Source: an uncultured Gemmatimonadaceae bacterium (GTDB taxonomy: Bacteria > Gemmatimonadota > Gemmatimonadetes > Gemmatimonadales > Gemmatimonadaceae). From it: a DNA stretch of 64,000 nucleotides. The notes under the pieces are model-generated. The model ran no database searches, was not told where the DNA came from, and saw nothing but the letters and a program-made list of their open reading frames with translations. Made by a program: the position numbers and the translations under genes. Location: positions 1,120,001 through 1,184,000 of the forward strand of contig OY970320.1 of assembly GCA_963716745.1 (NCBI GenBank), in the 5' to 3' direction. Within the stretch, counting starts at the first letter, position 1. Each line of letters begins with the position of its first letter. Positions 28,775-41,670 of this stretch are shown piece by piece.

Positions 28775-30229
28775 TCAGGGCTTCGGCTTGGGTGGGGCCG
28801 CGGGCGGCGTCGTGCCCATGGGCACTTCGCTCGGCGGACGCGTGGCCGTCTTCACCGAGTCGGCCGTCTTCTTCATCTTCATGCCCATCTCCACCGCGCG
28901 CTGCAGCCCGGCGGTGCTGAGATTGAAGCCGTACTTCGTGCGCGCCACGCTCTCCACCGGCGGCGCGATCGCCACGAACTGCGCCTGCTGGTTCATGAGG
29001 CGATCCATGAACGAATTCGCCATGCCGGCCGCGACGCGCTCGCGCGCCGCCGCGGTCTTGCCGCTGTCGGCGAGCACCGACGGCGTGATGCCGAGCTGCG
29101 TCCACGAATTGACGACGGCCGCGGTGTAGCGCTCATGGATCGTCGCCATCTCCGCGGAATCGATCACGACTCTCGCGCTGTCGGCCGCCTTGAGCACGAG
29201 CTCATTGCGGAGGATCTGCTTGAGGATGCCCACCACCGACGAATCCGGCATCTGGCGCACCTGATCGGCCATCTGCTCCTTCTGCGGCGCCGCGGACAGC
29301 CACTTCACGAGGCGCGCGACGGTGAAGTCGCCGCCCTTGTACGTCGCGAGCACGGTGTTGTCCTTCGCATGACCATCGAGATCGGTCACGACGGTCTTCA
29401 CCGTGGCCGCGGCGGTGGGCTTGATCACGATGTTCGCCGCCGTTTCCATGCCGGTCATATAGATGCTGTCGGCCTTCTGGATCGCCGGGCCGTTCGCCAT
29501 GCGCTCGTACTCATCCTTCACTTCGGCGTACGTGTTGCGGCGAATGATGTGGAAGCCGAACTGCGTCTCGACCAGGCCGGAGATCTGTCCCGGCTGGAGC
29601 GCTTCCACCGCCTGCTGGAACTGCGGCACCATCGCGCCCTTGTTGAACACGCCCAGCGAGCCGCCCTTCGATGCCGAGCCCGGATCGCCGCTGTACTTCT
29701 GCGCCATCGCCGCAAAGTTCGCCGACGTCACCATGCCCTTCACTTTCTGCGCTTCGCGCCGCACGGAGTCTTTCTGCGCTGGCGTGGCGGTGGGCTGCAC
29801 GATGAACAGGATGTGCTGCGCCGCGAGCACGTCGCCCTTCGCGTAAGCCGCGGGGCCGGACGAGGCGGGAATGTTGTACGTCTTCACGATCTGCTCGTGG
29901 TACTTGCCCACGCGCTGCTGCGCGAGGAATGCCCAGAGCGCGTCGTCCACGAGCTTCGGATCGTTGAGCGTGTCGTTCTTCGCCGCGGCCACGCCGAGCA
30001 GCTGGTAGTCCACCCAGATGTTCGCGATCGCCTTGGCGATGTCGGCGGTGAGGGGCACCTGGACGCCCGCCAGCAGCTTGCTCAGCTGATCGACGGTGAG
30101 CTCCTGCGAGCCGGCCTTGGCGGCAACGTTGACGTGCGCGGTGAGCGCTTCCTTGAGACCCTGGCAGGCGGCGACGCCGAACGAAAGGGCGAGGGCGGCG
30201 GCAAGAGCGAGAACGGTGCGACGCTTCAT
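28775..30229 (-). CDS. Parvulin-type peptidyl-prolyl isomerase lipoprotein
   Basis: Lipobox VAAC; AQHIL...YSGDPGSASKGGSLG.F..G.MVPQF...ETQFGFHII. Confidence 0.85.
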   Translation of the reverse strand: MKRRTVLALAAALALSFGVAACQGLKEALTAHVNVAAKAGSQELTVDQLSKLLAGVQVPLTADIAKAIANIWVDYQLLGVAAAKNDTLNDPKLVDDALWAFLAQQRVGKYHEQIVKTYNIPASSGPAAYAKGDVLAAQHILFIVQPTATPAQKDSVRREAQKVKGMVTSANFAAMAQKYSGDPGSASKGGSLGVFNKGAMVPQFQQAVEALQPGQISGLVETQFGFHIIRRNTYAEVKDEYERMANGPAIQKADSIYMTGMETAANIVIKPTAAATVKTVVTDLDGHAKDNTVLATYKGGDFTVARLVKWLSAAPQKEQMADQVRQMPDSSVVGILKQILRNELVLKAADSARVVIDSAEMATIHERYTAAVVNSWTQLGITPSVLADSGKTAAARERVAAGMANSFMDRLMNQQAQFVAIAPPVESVARTKYGFNLSTAGLQRAVEMGMKMKKTADSVKTATRPPSEVPMGTTPPAAPPKPKP

Positions 30230-30260
30230 GTGGGCGTGTGGGGTAGGCGTGATTGTGGGA

Positions 30261-33200
30261 TCAGGATCTGACTGTCAGGCTTCTCAGCGCCCGCGCGAGG
30301 CCATCCAGCAGCGTAGCGCCTCCCAGTCGCGTGAGCTTGAGCGACAGCGGGTTCGTGCGGCGGACTTCGGCCTGGAATTGCACCTCGTGAAAGGCCGCGG
30401 TCAGCCCCTTCAATCGAGGCGCCGCATCAGCCCGAAATGTAATACGGGCCTCCTCGCCGCGCACCAGCACCCCCTCGATCCCCAGACGCCCGCCCAGCAC
30501 GCGCAACAGCGCGGCGTACAGCAGCGCCTCCGCCGGCGGCGGCAGCGGGCCGAACCGGTCGCGCAGCTCGGCGCGCATCGCATCGATCTCGTCCGGCTCG
30601 GTGGCGGCGGAGACGCGCCGGTAGAAGCCGAGCTTCACTTCGGGCACGCCGAGGTAGTCGTCGGGGAGATAGCTAGGCGCGTCGAGCGTCACGTCGGCGG
30701 GCACGATCGCCGGCGCGTCGGGACCGCGCATGACGCGATGCACCGTTTGCTCGAGCATCTTGAGGTACAGTTCGAATCCCACCGCCTGCACGAATCCGCT
30801 CTGCTCGGGGCCGAGGAGGTTCCCCGCCCCGCGCATCTCGAGATCCTTCATCGCCACGCGATAGCCGGCGCCGAGTTCGGTGTGGTGCTCGAGCACCTCG
30901 AGACGGCGTTCCGCGTCGGGATCCACTTCGTCGGGCACGAGCAGGTAGCAGTACGCGCGGCGGTGCGATCGCCCCACGCGGCCGCGCAGCTGATAGAGCT
31001 GCGCGAGACCCGAGATGGTCGGCGCGGCTCACGAACATCGTGTTGGCGTTGGGCACGTCGAGGCCGGACTCCACGATGAGCGTGCTCACGAGCACCGTGA
31101 TCTCGCCGGCGACGAAGCGGCGCATCACGTCATCCAGATCGCGCTCGCGCATCTGGCCGTGCGCGACGGCCACCACCGCGCGCGGCGCGAGGCGGCGCAC
31201 ATGGTCGGCGATCGCTTCGATCGTCTCGATGCGGTTGTGCACGAAGAACACCTGGCCGCCGCGGTCGAGCTCGCGCGCGATGCCTTCCTCGATGAGCCCG
31301 TCGTCCCACGGCTCGACGAAGGTCAGCACCGGAGAGCGGTCGCGCGGCGGCGTCTCGATCACGGTCATGTCGCGCAGGCCGGCGAGCGACTGGTGGAGCG
31401 TGCGCGGGATCGGCGTCGCGGTGAGCGTGAGGACGTCGGTCTCGAGCTTGAGCTGCTTGAGCCGCTCCTTGTGCTTGACCCCGAATCGGTGTTCTTCATC
31501 AACGATGACGAGGCCGAGATCGGAGAACTTCACATCGGGGCTCAGCAGCCGGTGCGTGCCGATCACGATGTCGATCTGCTTCGCGGCGAGCGCGGCGAGC
31601 ACGCCCGTCTGCTCCTTCGCGGTCTGGAATCGCGACAGCGTGGCGATCTTCATCGGGAAATCGGCGAGGCGGTCGCCGAAGGTGCGGCCATGCTGTTCGG
31701 CGAGGATGGTCGTGGGCACGAGCACGGCCACCTGCCGCCCCGACTGCACCGCCTTGAACGCGGCGCGCACGGCGATCTCGGTCTTCCCGTAGCCGACATC
31801 GCCCACGAGCAGGCGGTCCATCGGGCGCGCGCTCTCCATGTCGCGTTTCACTTCCACGGTGGCGCGTCGCTGGTCGGGCGTGTCTTCGAAGAGGAAGCTC
31901 GACTCGAGCTGACGCTGCCAGCTGCCGTCGGGATGCGCCGGCTGTTTCGACGCGACCCGTCTCCGCGCGTAGAGGACGAGCAGCTCCTCGGTCATCTCCT
32001 GGAGCGCCGCGCGCGTGCGATCGCGCTGCCGCGCCCAGCTGCGGCCGCCGAGCTTGTGGAGGCGCGGGGGCGGCGTGTCGTCGCCGGTGTCGCGCGCGGC
32101 GCGGTAGCGCTCGATCTGATCGATGCGATAGAGCGGCACGTTGAGCCGGTCGCCGCCTTCGTACTCGATGACCGCGGCCTCGATGGTGCTCTCGCCCACG
32201 AAGATGCGCTCGATGCCGCGGAAGATGCCCACGCCGTGCTCGAGGTGCACCACGTAGTCGCCAGCCAGCAGCGCGGTGACGTTCACCGCGCCGGCCGCGC
32301 CGCTCGCGTAACGCCGCGCGCGCCGGATGCGGCGTTCGCGCCGGAAGATCTCGTGGTCGGTGAGCACGCGCAGTCCTGCGTGACCGCCGCCGGGCGGGAT
32401 CACGAAGCCGCCGTCGAGCACGCCGACGGCGAGCGCCGCGCTCGACGGACGCGCCGCGCTCTCGCTCAACAATTCATCGAGGCGCTCCGCCTGCCCCGCG
32501 TTGTCGCACAGGATGATCGTGGGCATGCCATCGTCCACGAGACGGCGCAGGCGCTTGATGTCGCGCTCCACCGGCTCGGGCGCGCGCAGCGGGAACAGGA
32601 ATTGCGCGGGCGGCGCCTCGGGATCGGCGCCGCGCTCCACGATCGCGATCGTCCCGAACGCCGCGAGGTCGCCGAGTGCGTCGGACGGCGAACGGAACAG
32701 CTCGTCGCGGTCCGGCGTGTCCTCGCCGCGGCGGCGCGCGAGCTCCGCATGGTGCTGCGCTTCGTCCCACGCGCGGCGCATCTCGGGCTCGAGATGCGCG
32801 TGCGATGGGAGAATGAGCAGCGCGTCGGGCGGGAGTAGGTCGGTGAGCGCGCCGCGCTCGCCGGCGGCGGGCGTTTCGCCATCCTCGCTTTCCTCGCGCG
32901 CCGGCGCCTCCACCGGCAGGACCACCGCGCGATCGGCATCGCGCGTGGAGAGTTGCGTCGCGATGTCGAAGTGGCGCAGCGACGCGATCTCGTCGCCGAA
33001 GAATTCCAGGCGCACGGGCTCGGCCATCCCGAAACTGTAGATGTCCACGATCCCGCCGCGCACCGAGAATTGCGCGACTTCGTCGACGAGCGGCACCTGC
33101 TCGAATCCCACCGCGCGCAGATGCGCCGCGAGCGACTCGAGCCGGTGCGCGCCGCCTACTTTCAGCTCGAGGCGTGCGGTACGCACCACGCTCGGCAGCC

Positions 33201-33591
33201 GCGTGCGCTCGAGCACGGCGCGCGCGGTGGTGACGAGCATGCGCGCCTCGCCGCGCGCGAGGCGTTCGAGGGTCTCCACGCGCTCGCCCGCGACCTCGAG
33301 ATGCGGCTCGATCTCGCCGAACCCTTCGCGCGGCGGATACAGCGCCGCGCCGCCCGCACCGAGCAACGCATCGAGATCCGCGAGCCATCGCTCCGCCTCG
33401 GCGATCGTCGCGGTGACCACGACGAGCACGCGCCCCGACCCCGCGCCGCGTGCGAGCGCGGCGGCGAGCGCCGCATCGCTGGAGCCGGGCAGCCCGCCGG
33501 CGGTGACGCGCGCGCGCGGCGCGGGCAGCGCGGCAGCGAGGCGCGTGAACACCGGCAGCGCGTCCATCGCGTCGAGCAGCGCGGTGAGCAC
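30261..33591 (-). CDS. mfd: Transcription-repair coupling factor, frameshift near ~31005
   Basis: GDVGYGKTE, DEEHRFG, TATPIPRTL; C-terminal TRCF domain in ORF 30261-30977. Confidence 0.95.
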
Positions 33592-35409
33592 TAGCGCTCC
33601 ACCGGACGCCGGTCGGCCGCGGTGAGTGCGCCCTCCACGAGCAGCAATGCGAGCGCGACGCCCAGCAGCCAGCCGCCGATCGCGCGGCGCGGCGCGCCGC
33701 TGAAGGCCGCGGCCGCGAACGCGGCGCTGTCGGTCATGACGCTCACCGCGCGCGCGTGCAGCCGCGACGAGATCGCCGCCGAATCGAGGCGCGCGAGATC
33801 GCTCTCGCCCGGCTCCGCATCCACGACGAGCGCGCCGGCGCGCGCACCGGAGCGAACGAACCAGTACACGCCCGGTTCACCCGGTACGTCGAGCGTGTCG
33901 CCATCGATCGGCGCGCGCGTTCCGGAAGGCGATTCCAACTCGCCGGCGTTCGCTGGACGCGCCACTCGCGACAGCGGCGCCGCGGTGACCACGCGCCCTT
34001 CGGCGCCGAGGTCCTGCGACAGCGCGTCCGCGATCCACGGCACGAAGGCCGCGCGCACAGGGAAGTCCGTCGCGTCAGGAACGAGCGGGCTCGCGACGAG
34101 CACGTAGCCGGGCCCGCGCACGATCCACGGCTCACCAGCGGCGATCGAGATGGTATCGGCCGGCGCCGGCGCGGTGCCGCTCGCGCGCATCAGTGCGTAG
34201 CGAAGCTGCACCGTCACGCCGGCGGGAGCGCTCGCGCTCGCCGCGCCACGCTGGATGGCGCCGAAACGCCACGGGACGCCGAGCCGTTCCAGTGCGCGAT
34301 TCGCGGCGCCAATGCGCACGGGATCCGCGGGCGCGGTGAGCAGCGCGGGCAGCGACGGCGCCGCATCGGCCGACGCGATCGTGATCGCGCTGCCGGCCGA
34401 GACGCGTCCGGCCTGCTCGAGCGCCTCGACCGCGGTGCGCGCGAACATGCCCGCCGACGGATCGACGTGCACGCTCGGCGGCGCGCCGATCCACGCGGCG
34501 AAATTGCGCACGTCGTCGCCGCGCAATTCGTCGGGCTCGAGTTCGACGCGCCCCGCGACCCATCCGCGCTCCGCCGGCGAAGCGCGCACGAAGATCTCGC
34601 CATCGGGGCCGGCGATGCCGCGCGCGAGCGTGCGCGTGCCGAGTTCGATGCGATACGTCACCGAGTCGCTGGCGCGCACGCGCGCGTGCACGGCGCCGCG
34701 CGGCGTCCAGCGCACCGGCTCGGCGGCCGCCATCAGCACCGCGTGATCGGCGGGCGGGCCGCCAGCCGGGCGGTACACGCGAGACGCGCACGTCGCCGAG
34801 CGAGAGCGGCGTGCTCCACGCGCTGGCCTGGGCGTCGGTGACGATCACGAGTTCACGGTCGGGGAGCGGGCTGGCGAGCACGACCGCCGCCGCGTGCCGT
34901 GCGGCGTCTTCGAGGCGCCCGGCGCCCGCGAGCGGCGCGGCCTGCGCGATGCGCGCACGCACGGCGCCGCGATCTCCGCCGTTCACCGTGCCGTCGGCGG
35001 TGATGAGCCAGAGCCGGTCGTCGCCGGAGGCGCGCGACGCGACCGCCATCGCGCGCGACTTGAGATCGTCGAGCACCGCACGACCGTTCACGACCGCGGT
35101 GGTGCTCAGCGAGTTGTCGAGCACGATCGCGATGGCGGTGGGCGCGTGCATGAGGCCCGCGCCCGCGATGCGCGCCATGGGGCGCGCCGCCGCGAGCGCG
35201 AGCAGCAACACCGCGGCCACGCGCAGCAGCATGAGCAGCAGATTGCGCAGTCTGAGCGAGCGGCTGTGCTCACGTTCGGCGCGCTCGAGCCAGCGCACCG
35301 CCGGGAATTCGAGGCGCGCGCCGGTTCGGCGGCGCATCAAGTGGATCACGAGCGGCACCGCGGCCGCGAGCGCCGCGAGCAGCCACCACGGCGAGAGGAA
35401 CGCGATCAC
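33591..35409 (-). CDS. BatA-domain / vWA-like membrane protein, frameshift near ~34780
   Basis: FLSPWWLLAALAAAVPLVIHL...FP, VLDNSLS MIDAS-like motif, VIVTD; C-terminal ESDL plus TM. Confidence 0.8.
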
Positions 35410-36311
35410 GGCAGCTGCTGGCGCACGGCGAAGGCGCGGCGGAGCGGCACGCCGAAGGGCGCGTCGGTGCCGATCACGACGTGCGTGGCGCCCGCGCGCG
35501 CGAGCTGCTCGCGCCACTCACCCAACGCCTGTGCCACCGTCTGACGGTACGCCACGCGCACGTCGGCGACGCTCGCGGGCACCGCGCGATCGCTTTCGGG
35601 ATCCACGAAGAGCGCGTCGCCGGCGGGCGCGGCGAGATCTTGCTCGGCCGGATCGAGCACCTGCAGCACGGTGACCTGATGTCCCGCGCGGCGCAGCGCG
35701 CGCACCGGGCCGAGCACTTCCTCCGGTTCGAGCAAGAGATCGGAGATCAGCACGATCAGGCCGCGTCGCGGCACGAGACGCCCGGCCTGCGCGAACGCCG
35801 CGCCCGCGCGCGTCGCTCGCCCGGCGCCCGGATCGTCCAGCGACGCGACGAGGCGCTTCCATTGCCCCACGCGCGCGCGCGGCGCGATCGCGGTGCGCAC
35901 CTCCGCGTCGAAGCGGATGAGCCCCACCGCGTCACGCTGACGCAGCAGCAGCAACGCGAGCGCCGCCGCAAGACGCTCGGCGTACGCGAGCTTCGTGAGG
36001 CGCGAGCGGTCGCCGGTCCACGCCATCGAGCGGCTCACATCGAGGATGATCGTCGCGCGAAGATTGGTCTCCTCTTCGAACTGCTTCACGACCAGCCGGT
36101 CGGAGCGCGCCGCGATCTTCCAGTCGATCGTGCGCGGCTCGTCGCCGGGTTGGTATGGCCGGTGCTCCGCGAACTCGACCGAGAATCCCTTGCGCGGCGA
36201 CCGGTGCAGCCCGCTGAGGAACCCATCCACGATCCAGCGGGCGATGACCTCAATGCGGCCGAGCGCGGCGATACTCGCAGGATCCAGCAGGTCGGCTCGA
36301 GCGGATTCCAT
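35406..36311 (-). CDS. DUF58 domain protein
   Basis: GLHRSPRKGFSVEFAEHRPYQPGDE..IDWK, KQFEEETN. Confidence 0.92.
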   Translation of the reverse strand: MESARADLLDPASIAALGRIEVIARWIVDGFLSGLHRSPRKGFSVEFAEHRPYQPGDEPRTIDWKIAARSDRLVVKQFEEETNLRATIILDVSRSMAWTGDRSRLTKLAYAERLAAALALLLLRQRDAVGLIRFDAEVRTAIAPRARVGQWKRLVASLDDPGAGRATRAGAAFAQAGRLVPRRGLIVLISDLLLEPEEVLGPVRALRRAGHQVTVLQVLDPAEQDLAAPAGDALFVDPESDRAVPASVADVRVAYRQTVAQALGEWREQLARAGATHVVIGTDAPFGVPLRRAFAVRQQLP

Positions 36312-36370
36312 GCGGCGTGTAAGGGGAGCGTTGAAGGTAGACATGCACACGACGGCGGGCAATCATCGCG

Positions 36371-36753
36371 CGTTCGCTCGTCCGCGCCCAGGGGACCGCC
36401 ATACGAGCCGCTCGTTCCGTGACTCGCGCACTGCGCGCGCGAGTCCCTCACTGGGCTCGATGTCGGCCCCCTGGCCGCGTCCTCGCTCTAGCGACTTCTA
36501 CCCCACTCACGCCGTTCAGCCCGCCCCCCTCTCATTGCGGAGCATGCGAGGAGCGCTGACGTCGCCGTTCAAGTCCCGAGAGCGAGGACGCGGCCGCGGG
36601 CTTGAGGCGAGCCCAGTGAGGGACTCGCGCGCGCAGTGCGCGAGTCACGTAACGAGCGGCTCGTCCGAAGGCCCGCGGACGCGGACGAGCGACCGTGCGC
36701 GAGTCACGTAACGAGCGGCTCGTCCGAAGGCCCGCGGACGCGGACGAGCGACC
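36371..36753. repeat. Long nested palindrome plus 59-bp tandem duplication
   Basis: 36403-36459 and 36608-36664 are inverted at 56/57; inner IR ~36473-36488/36580-36595; 36636-36694 is repeated at 36695-36753. Confidence 0.85.
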
Positions 36754-36805
36754 CGCGCTATATTTGAACGTCGTCGTATATCGTCTCGCAAACCCGGGAA
36801 ATCGA

Positions 36806-38602
36806 TTGAAGCTCGACCATATCCGCAATTTCTGCATCGTCGCGCATATCGATCACGGGAAGAGCACGCTCGCCGACCGGCTCATCGAGAAGACGGGCAC
36901 GATCCAGAAGCGCGAAATGAAGGCGCAGATGCTCGACACGCTCGACCTCGAGCGCGAGCGCGGCATCACCATCAAGCTCAACGCCGTGCGCATGACGTAC
37001 AACGCGCGCGATGGCCGCGCCTACGAGCTGAATCTCATCGACACGCCGGGCCACGTGGACTTCACCTATGAGGTGTCGCGCTCGCTCGCCGCGTGCGAGG
37101 GCGCCATTCTCGTGGTGGACGCGTCGCAGGGGATCCAGGCGCAAACGCTCTCGAATCTCTTCCTCGCGCTCGACGCGGGACTCGAGATCATCCCGATCCT
37201 CAACAAGATCGATCTGCCCGGCGCCGAACCCGAGCGCCGGAAGCAGGAGCTGCACGATCTCATCGGCGCGAACTCGGACGACATCCTCCTCGTGAGCGCG
37301 AAGGAAGGACTCGGCATCGACGAATTGCTCGAGCGCATCGTGGCGGCCGTGCCGCCGCCGGTGGGCGATCCCGAAGCGCCGCTGCGCGCGCTCATCTTCG
37401 ACTCGTACTACGACCGCTACCGCGGCGCGATCCCGAGCGTGCGCGTGGTGGACGGCGTAGTGCGCCCGGGCATGAAGATCACCTTCGGCGCGAGCGAGTC
37501 GGTGTACGATGTGGCCGAGGTCGGCTTCATGCAGCTGCGGCAGGTGAAGACCGAGGAACTTCGCTGCGGCGAGGTGGGCTACGTGGTGGCCAACGTGCGC
37601 CGCGTACAGGAGACGCGCGTCGGCGACACGGTGTTCGACGCCGAGCGTCACGCCGAGGTCGCGCTCCCCGGCTACCAGGACGTACACAGCATGGTGTTCG
37701 CGGGACTCTACCCCACCGACACCGATCAATACCCCGAGTTGCGCGACGCGCTCGAGAAATTGCAGCTCAACGACGCATCGCTGCAGTACCAGCCCGAAAC
37801 GTCCACCGCCCTGGGCTTCGGATACCGCTGCGGATTCCTCGGCCTGCTGCACATGGAGATCGTACGCGAACGGCTCGAGCGCGAGTTCAACTTGAATCTC
37901 GTCACCACCGTGCCCACGGTGGAGTACCACGTGTACAAGCAGGATGGCACCATGCAGCTGCTCGAGAACCCGTCACTCATGCCGCACGGCTCGGTGGTGG
38001 AGCGCGTCGAGGAGCCGTACGTGAAGGCGCGCATCGTCGCGCCCGCGGATTACATCGGCCCCATCATGACGCTCGGCAACGAACGGCGCGGTGTGTACAA
38101 GAACATGTCGTACGTGGACACGAGCCGCGTCGAATTCGACTGGGAATTCCCGCTCGGCGAGATCATCCTCGATTTCTTCGACAAGCTGAAGACCATCAGC
38201 AAAGGCTATGCGACGCTCGACTACGAGATGCTCGCGTATCGCCGGAGCCAGCTCGTGAAGCTCGACATGCTCATCAACGGCGAGCCGATCGACGCGTTCA
38301 GCGTGATCATCCACCAGGACAAGAGCTACGAGTGGGGGCGCAAGGTGGCCGACAAGCTCAAGGAGCTGATCCCGCGGCAATTGTTCGAGGTGGTGATCCA
38401 GGCGGCGATCGGCCAGAAGGTGATCGCGCGCACCACGGTGAAGGCGCTGCGCAAGAACGTGCTCGCGAAGTGTTACGGCGGCGACGTCTCGCGCAAACGC
38501 AAACTCCTCGAGAAGCAGAAGGAGGGGAAGAAGCGCATGAAGCAGGTGGGCAGCGTGGAGATCCCGCAGGAGGCGTTCCTCGCCGTGCTCCAGGTGGACT
38601 GA
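36806..38602 (+). CDS. lepA: Elongation factor 4
   Basis: [49 protein letters not shown] start. Confidence 0.97.
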   Translation: MKLDHIRNFCIVAHIDHGKSTLADRLIEKTGTIQKREMKAQMLDTLDLERERGITIKLNAVRMTYNARDGRAYELNLIDTPGHVDFTYEVSRSLAACEGAILVVDASQGIQAQTLSNLFLALDAGLEIIPILNKIDLPGAEPERRKQELHDLIGANSDDILLVSAKEGLGIDELLERIVAAVPPPVGDPEAPLRALIFDSYYDRYRGAIPSVRVVDGVVRPGMKITFGASESVYDVAEVGFMQLRQVKTEELRCGEVGYVVANVRRVQETRVGDTVFDAERHAEVALPGYQDVHSMVFAGLYPTDTDQYPELRDALEKLQLNDASLQYQPETSTALGFGYRCGFLGLLHMEIVRERLEREFNLNLVTTVPTVEYHVYKQDGTMQLLENPSLMPHGSVVERVEEPYVKARIVAPADYIGPIMTLGNERRGVYKNMSYVDTSRVEFDWEFPLGEIILDFFDKLKTISKGYATLDYEMLAYRRSQLVKLDMLINGEPIDAFSVIIHQDKSYEWGRKVADKLKELIPRQLFEVVIQAAIGQKVIARTTVKALRKNVLAKCYGGDVSRKRKLLEKQKEGKKRMKQVGSVEIPQEAFLAVLQVD

Positions 38603-38605
38603 GCG

Positions 38606-39698
38606 ATGACCGCGACGCCGACGGCCGAGCTTCCCGCGGTCCAGCGGCAACGCGTGCTCGATCCACCGCTCGCCGTGGAGCAGTTGGTGTTGCAGACGAG
38701 TTTCCTCGGTGACGCGGTGCTCACCACGCCCCTGATCACGGAACTCGCGATGCGCGGCCCCGTGGACGTGCTCACCACGCCGGCGGCCGCGCCCGTGCTC
38801 GCGAACAATCCACACATCCGCGCGATCCACATCTACGACAAGCGCGGAGCGGACGCGGGCGCCACCGGATTGCACCGCGTGGCGCAGCGCCTGCGCGACG
38901 CGATGCGCGGGCGGCTCGCGACGCGCAGCATCGCGTACCTCGCGCAGGGTTCGCTGCGCACGGCGGCACTGGCCGCGCTTGCGGGCTACGATGATCGCGT
39001 GGGATTCGGCGATGCCGCGGGGCGGTTCTTCTATACTATGCGCGTCGAGCGCCGGAACGACCGGCATCACGCCGAGCGATTGTGGCGTTTGGCGTTCCCA
39101 TCGAACCCGAACGTGGAGCCGCCGGAGGGTGCGTTGCGGCCGCGGTTGTATCCCGGCGCCGCGGATCACGCGGCGGTGGACGCGGTGCTGGGCGCGTGGG
39201 CGCACGAGCCCATCATCGCCTTAGCGCCGGGTTCTGTTTGGGGAACCAAGCGCTGGCCCTACTATAGTATGCTCGCTTCACGGCTTTCCAAGCGGCACCG
39301 GCTGGTCGTGGTGGGGGGCCCGGACGACAAGGCGCTGGCCGCGGAGATCCTGGCGGCGGCCGAACCGGACATGGCGCTGGATGCGACCGGAAGGCTCTCG
39401 TTGCTGGCATTCGAGCGAATTGATCCAGCGCGCGCGGCTGCTCGTGACCAACGATTCCTCGCCGCAGCATTTGGCGAGCGCGATGAACACGCCGACGATC
39501 ACGATCTACGGACCCACAGTGCCGGCCTTCGGCTTCGGCCCCCTCGCGCCGCATTCGCTGATCGCCGAGAACAAGGATCTTCCTTGCCGCCCTTGTCACC
39601 ACCACGGCCCGCCGACGTGTCCACTCACGCACTGGAAATGCATGAAGGAATTGCCGGTGGAGCAAGTCGAGCAGATGGCGAATCAACTCCTTCGCTAG
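38606..39698 (+). CDS. Glycosyltransferase family 9 (LPS heptosyltransferase II-like), frameshift near ~39410
   Basis: QTSFLGDAVLTTP, APGSVWGTKRWP, TNDSSPQHLA, CRPC. Confidence 0.9.
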
Positions 39699-39706
39699 AT
39701 TGAACG

Positions 39707-40697
39707 ATGCCTAACACAAAATTCATCGTCGGAGTCGACCTGGGCGGAACCAACATCGTCGTTGGCGCGATGCCCGAAGATGGCAGCCGCGAGATCGCCG
39801 TCCGCTCCGAGCCCACGCACGCGCAACGAGGCGCCGAAGGCGTCGTCGATCGCATCGTCGCGCTCATCGCGCAGACGATGTCGGATGTCTTCGCGAAGGA
39901 GCGGGCGCAAGCGAGCGATTTCCTCGGCATTGGCGTGGGCGCGCCCGGTCCGCTCGACCGCGAGCGCGGCGTCGTGGTGATCGCACCCAACCTCGGATGG
40001 CGCGATTTCCCGCTGCGCGACGCGATCACCGAGAAGATCCGCCTGCCGCGTGACGCTCGACAACGATGCGAATTGCGCGACGCTCGGCGAATGGTGGCGC
40101 GGCGCCGCGCGCGGCGCGAAGAACGTCGTGGGCGTCACCATCGGGACCGGCATCGGCGGCGGCGTGATCATGGACGGCAAGCTCTATCACGGATCGTCCG
40201 ACGTGGCGGGCGAGATCGGGCACACCACCATCGACTCGACGGGGCGCTACTGCCGCTGCGGCAACTATGGTTGCCTCGAGGCGTACGCGAGCGGGCCCGC
40301 GATCGCGCAGCGCGCGCGCGAGGCGCTCGAGCGCAACGAGGCGAGCGCGCTCTGGAAGATGGCGGGCGGCGATGTCACGCAGCTCACCGCCGCCACGGTG
40401 TACGAGGGCGCGAACCAGGGCGATGCGCTCGCGCTCGAGATCGTGCGCGACACCGCGCGCTTCCTCGGCACCGGCATCGCGAATCTCCTGAACATCCTCA
40501 ACCCCGACGTCGTCGTGATCACCGGCGGCGTGACGAAAGCGGGCGAGCGATTGTTCGAGCCGCTGCGCGCCGAAGTGAAGCGCCGCGCCTTCCGCCCCGC
40601 CGTGGCCGCGTGCCGCATCGTGCCCGGCGAACTCGAAGGCAGCGCTGGCATGGTGGGCGCCGTCGCGACGTTCAAACAGCAGCGCGGCTCGCTGTGA
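39707..40697 (+). CDS. ROK family sugar kinase (glucokinase-like), frameshift near ~40045
   Basis: GVDLGGT, NDANCA, GTGIGGG, GEIGH, CRCGNYGCLE. Confidence 0.93.
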
Positions 40698-40698
40698 G

Positions 40699-41670
40699 AT
40701 GAAGCGGCGCCTCGGCGTCATCGGCACCTTCGTCTGGGACACGATCCACGGGCGGAACATCGCGCCGGTTCAAGAGTGGGGCGGCATCACGTATTCGCTC
40801 GCGGCGCTCGACGCTGCACTCGACGACGAGTGGGAGATCGTGCCGCTCATGAAGGTCGGGAGCGATCTCATCGTGCGCGCGCGCGAGTTCACCGCGTCGC
40901 TCCGCCACATCGCGCCGGACGCCGCGCTCATCGAGGTGCCGCAGCCGAACAATCGCGTCGAGATCGTCTATGAGTCGAGCGAGCGGCGCTGCGAGCGCCT
41001 CACCGGCGGCGTGCCGGGCTGGACGTGGCTCGGGCTCAAGCCGCTGCTCAACAACATCGACGCGCTCTACATCAATTTCCTCTCGGGGTGGGAGCTCGAC
41101 CTCGAGACCGCGCAATTGCTGCGCCAGCACTTCAAGGGTCCCATCTACTGCGACCTGCACATGCTCGTGATGGCGGTGCAGCCCGAGGGATGGCGCGCGC
41201 TGCGGCCGCTGCCGAACGTCGCCGAGTGGTGCCGCTGCTTCGACCTGCTGCAGATGAACGACGAAGAGGTGACGGCGGCGGCGCCCGACCCGATGGCGCT
41301 CGCCGCGACGGCGCTCGCGCACGGCGTGCGCTCATTGTTCGTCACGCTCGGCCCGCGAGGCGCGGTGTACTTCGCGGCGCCGGGCTTCGACCGTCTCGCC
41401 GACTTGACACGCGCGCCACGACTCGACCGTGGCGCCGCCGGCAGCGGACCCATCCGCACCGAACGCGTGGACGCGGATGCGCTGCGTCAAGAGGGAGATC
41501 CCACCGGATGCGGCGATGTGTGGGGCGCGACCTGTTTCTCCCGGCTGCTGCACGGTGATAGCTTACGCTCGTCGATCGATGCCGCGCACGCCGCGGCCGC
41601 TCGCAACGTTTCGCATCGCGGCGCCACCGGACTCACCCGTCACTTGCGCGGAGAGATCAGCTCGACATGA
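40699..41670 (+). CDS. PfkB/ribokinase-family carbohydrate kinase
   Basis: VTLGPRGA and DPTGCGDVWGA C-terminal signature. Confidence 0.8.
   Translation: MKRRLGVIGTFVWDTIHGRNIAPVQEWGGITYSLAALDAALDDEWEIVPLMKVGSDLIVRAREFTASLRHIAPDAALIEVPQPNNRVEIVYESSERRCERLTGGVPGWTWLGLKPLLNNIDALYINFLSGWELDLETAQLLRQHFKGPIYCDLHMLVMAVQPEGWRALRPLPNVAEWCRCFDLLQMNDEEVTAAAPDPMALAATALAHGVRSLFVTLGPRGAVYFAAPGFDRLADLTRAPRLDRGAAGSGPIRTERVDADALRQEGDPTGCGDVWGATCFSRLLHGDSLRSSIDAAHAAAARNVSHRGATGLTRHLRGEISST

Noticed and set aside
33591..36311. DUF58-BatA pair without a MoxR ATPase
   Set aside because: Split moxR operons are common and the partner may lie elsewhere; not distinctive.
36695..36805. N-terminal extension of LepA in the ORF track
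   Set aside because: It comes from the duplicated repeat; homology starts at the TTG at 36806.
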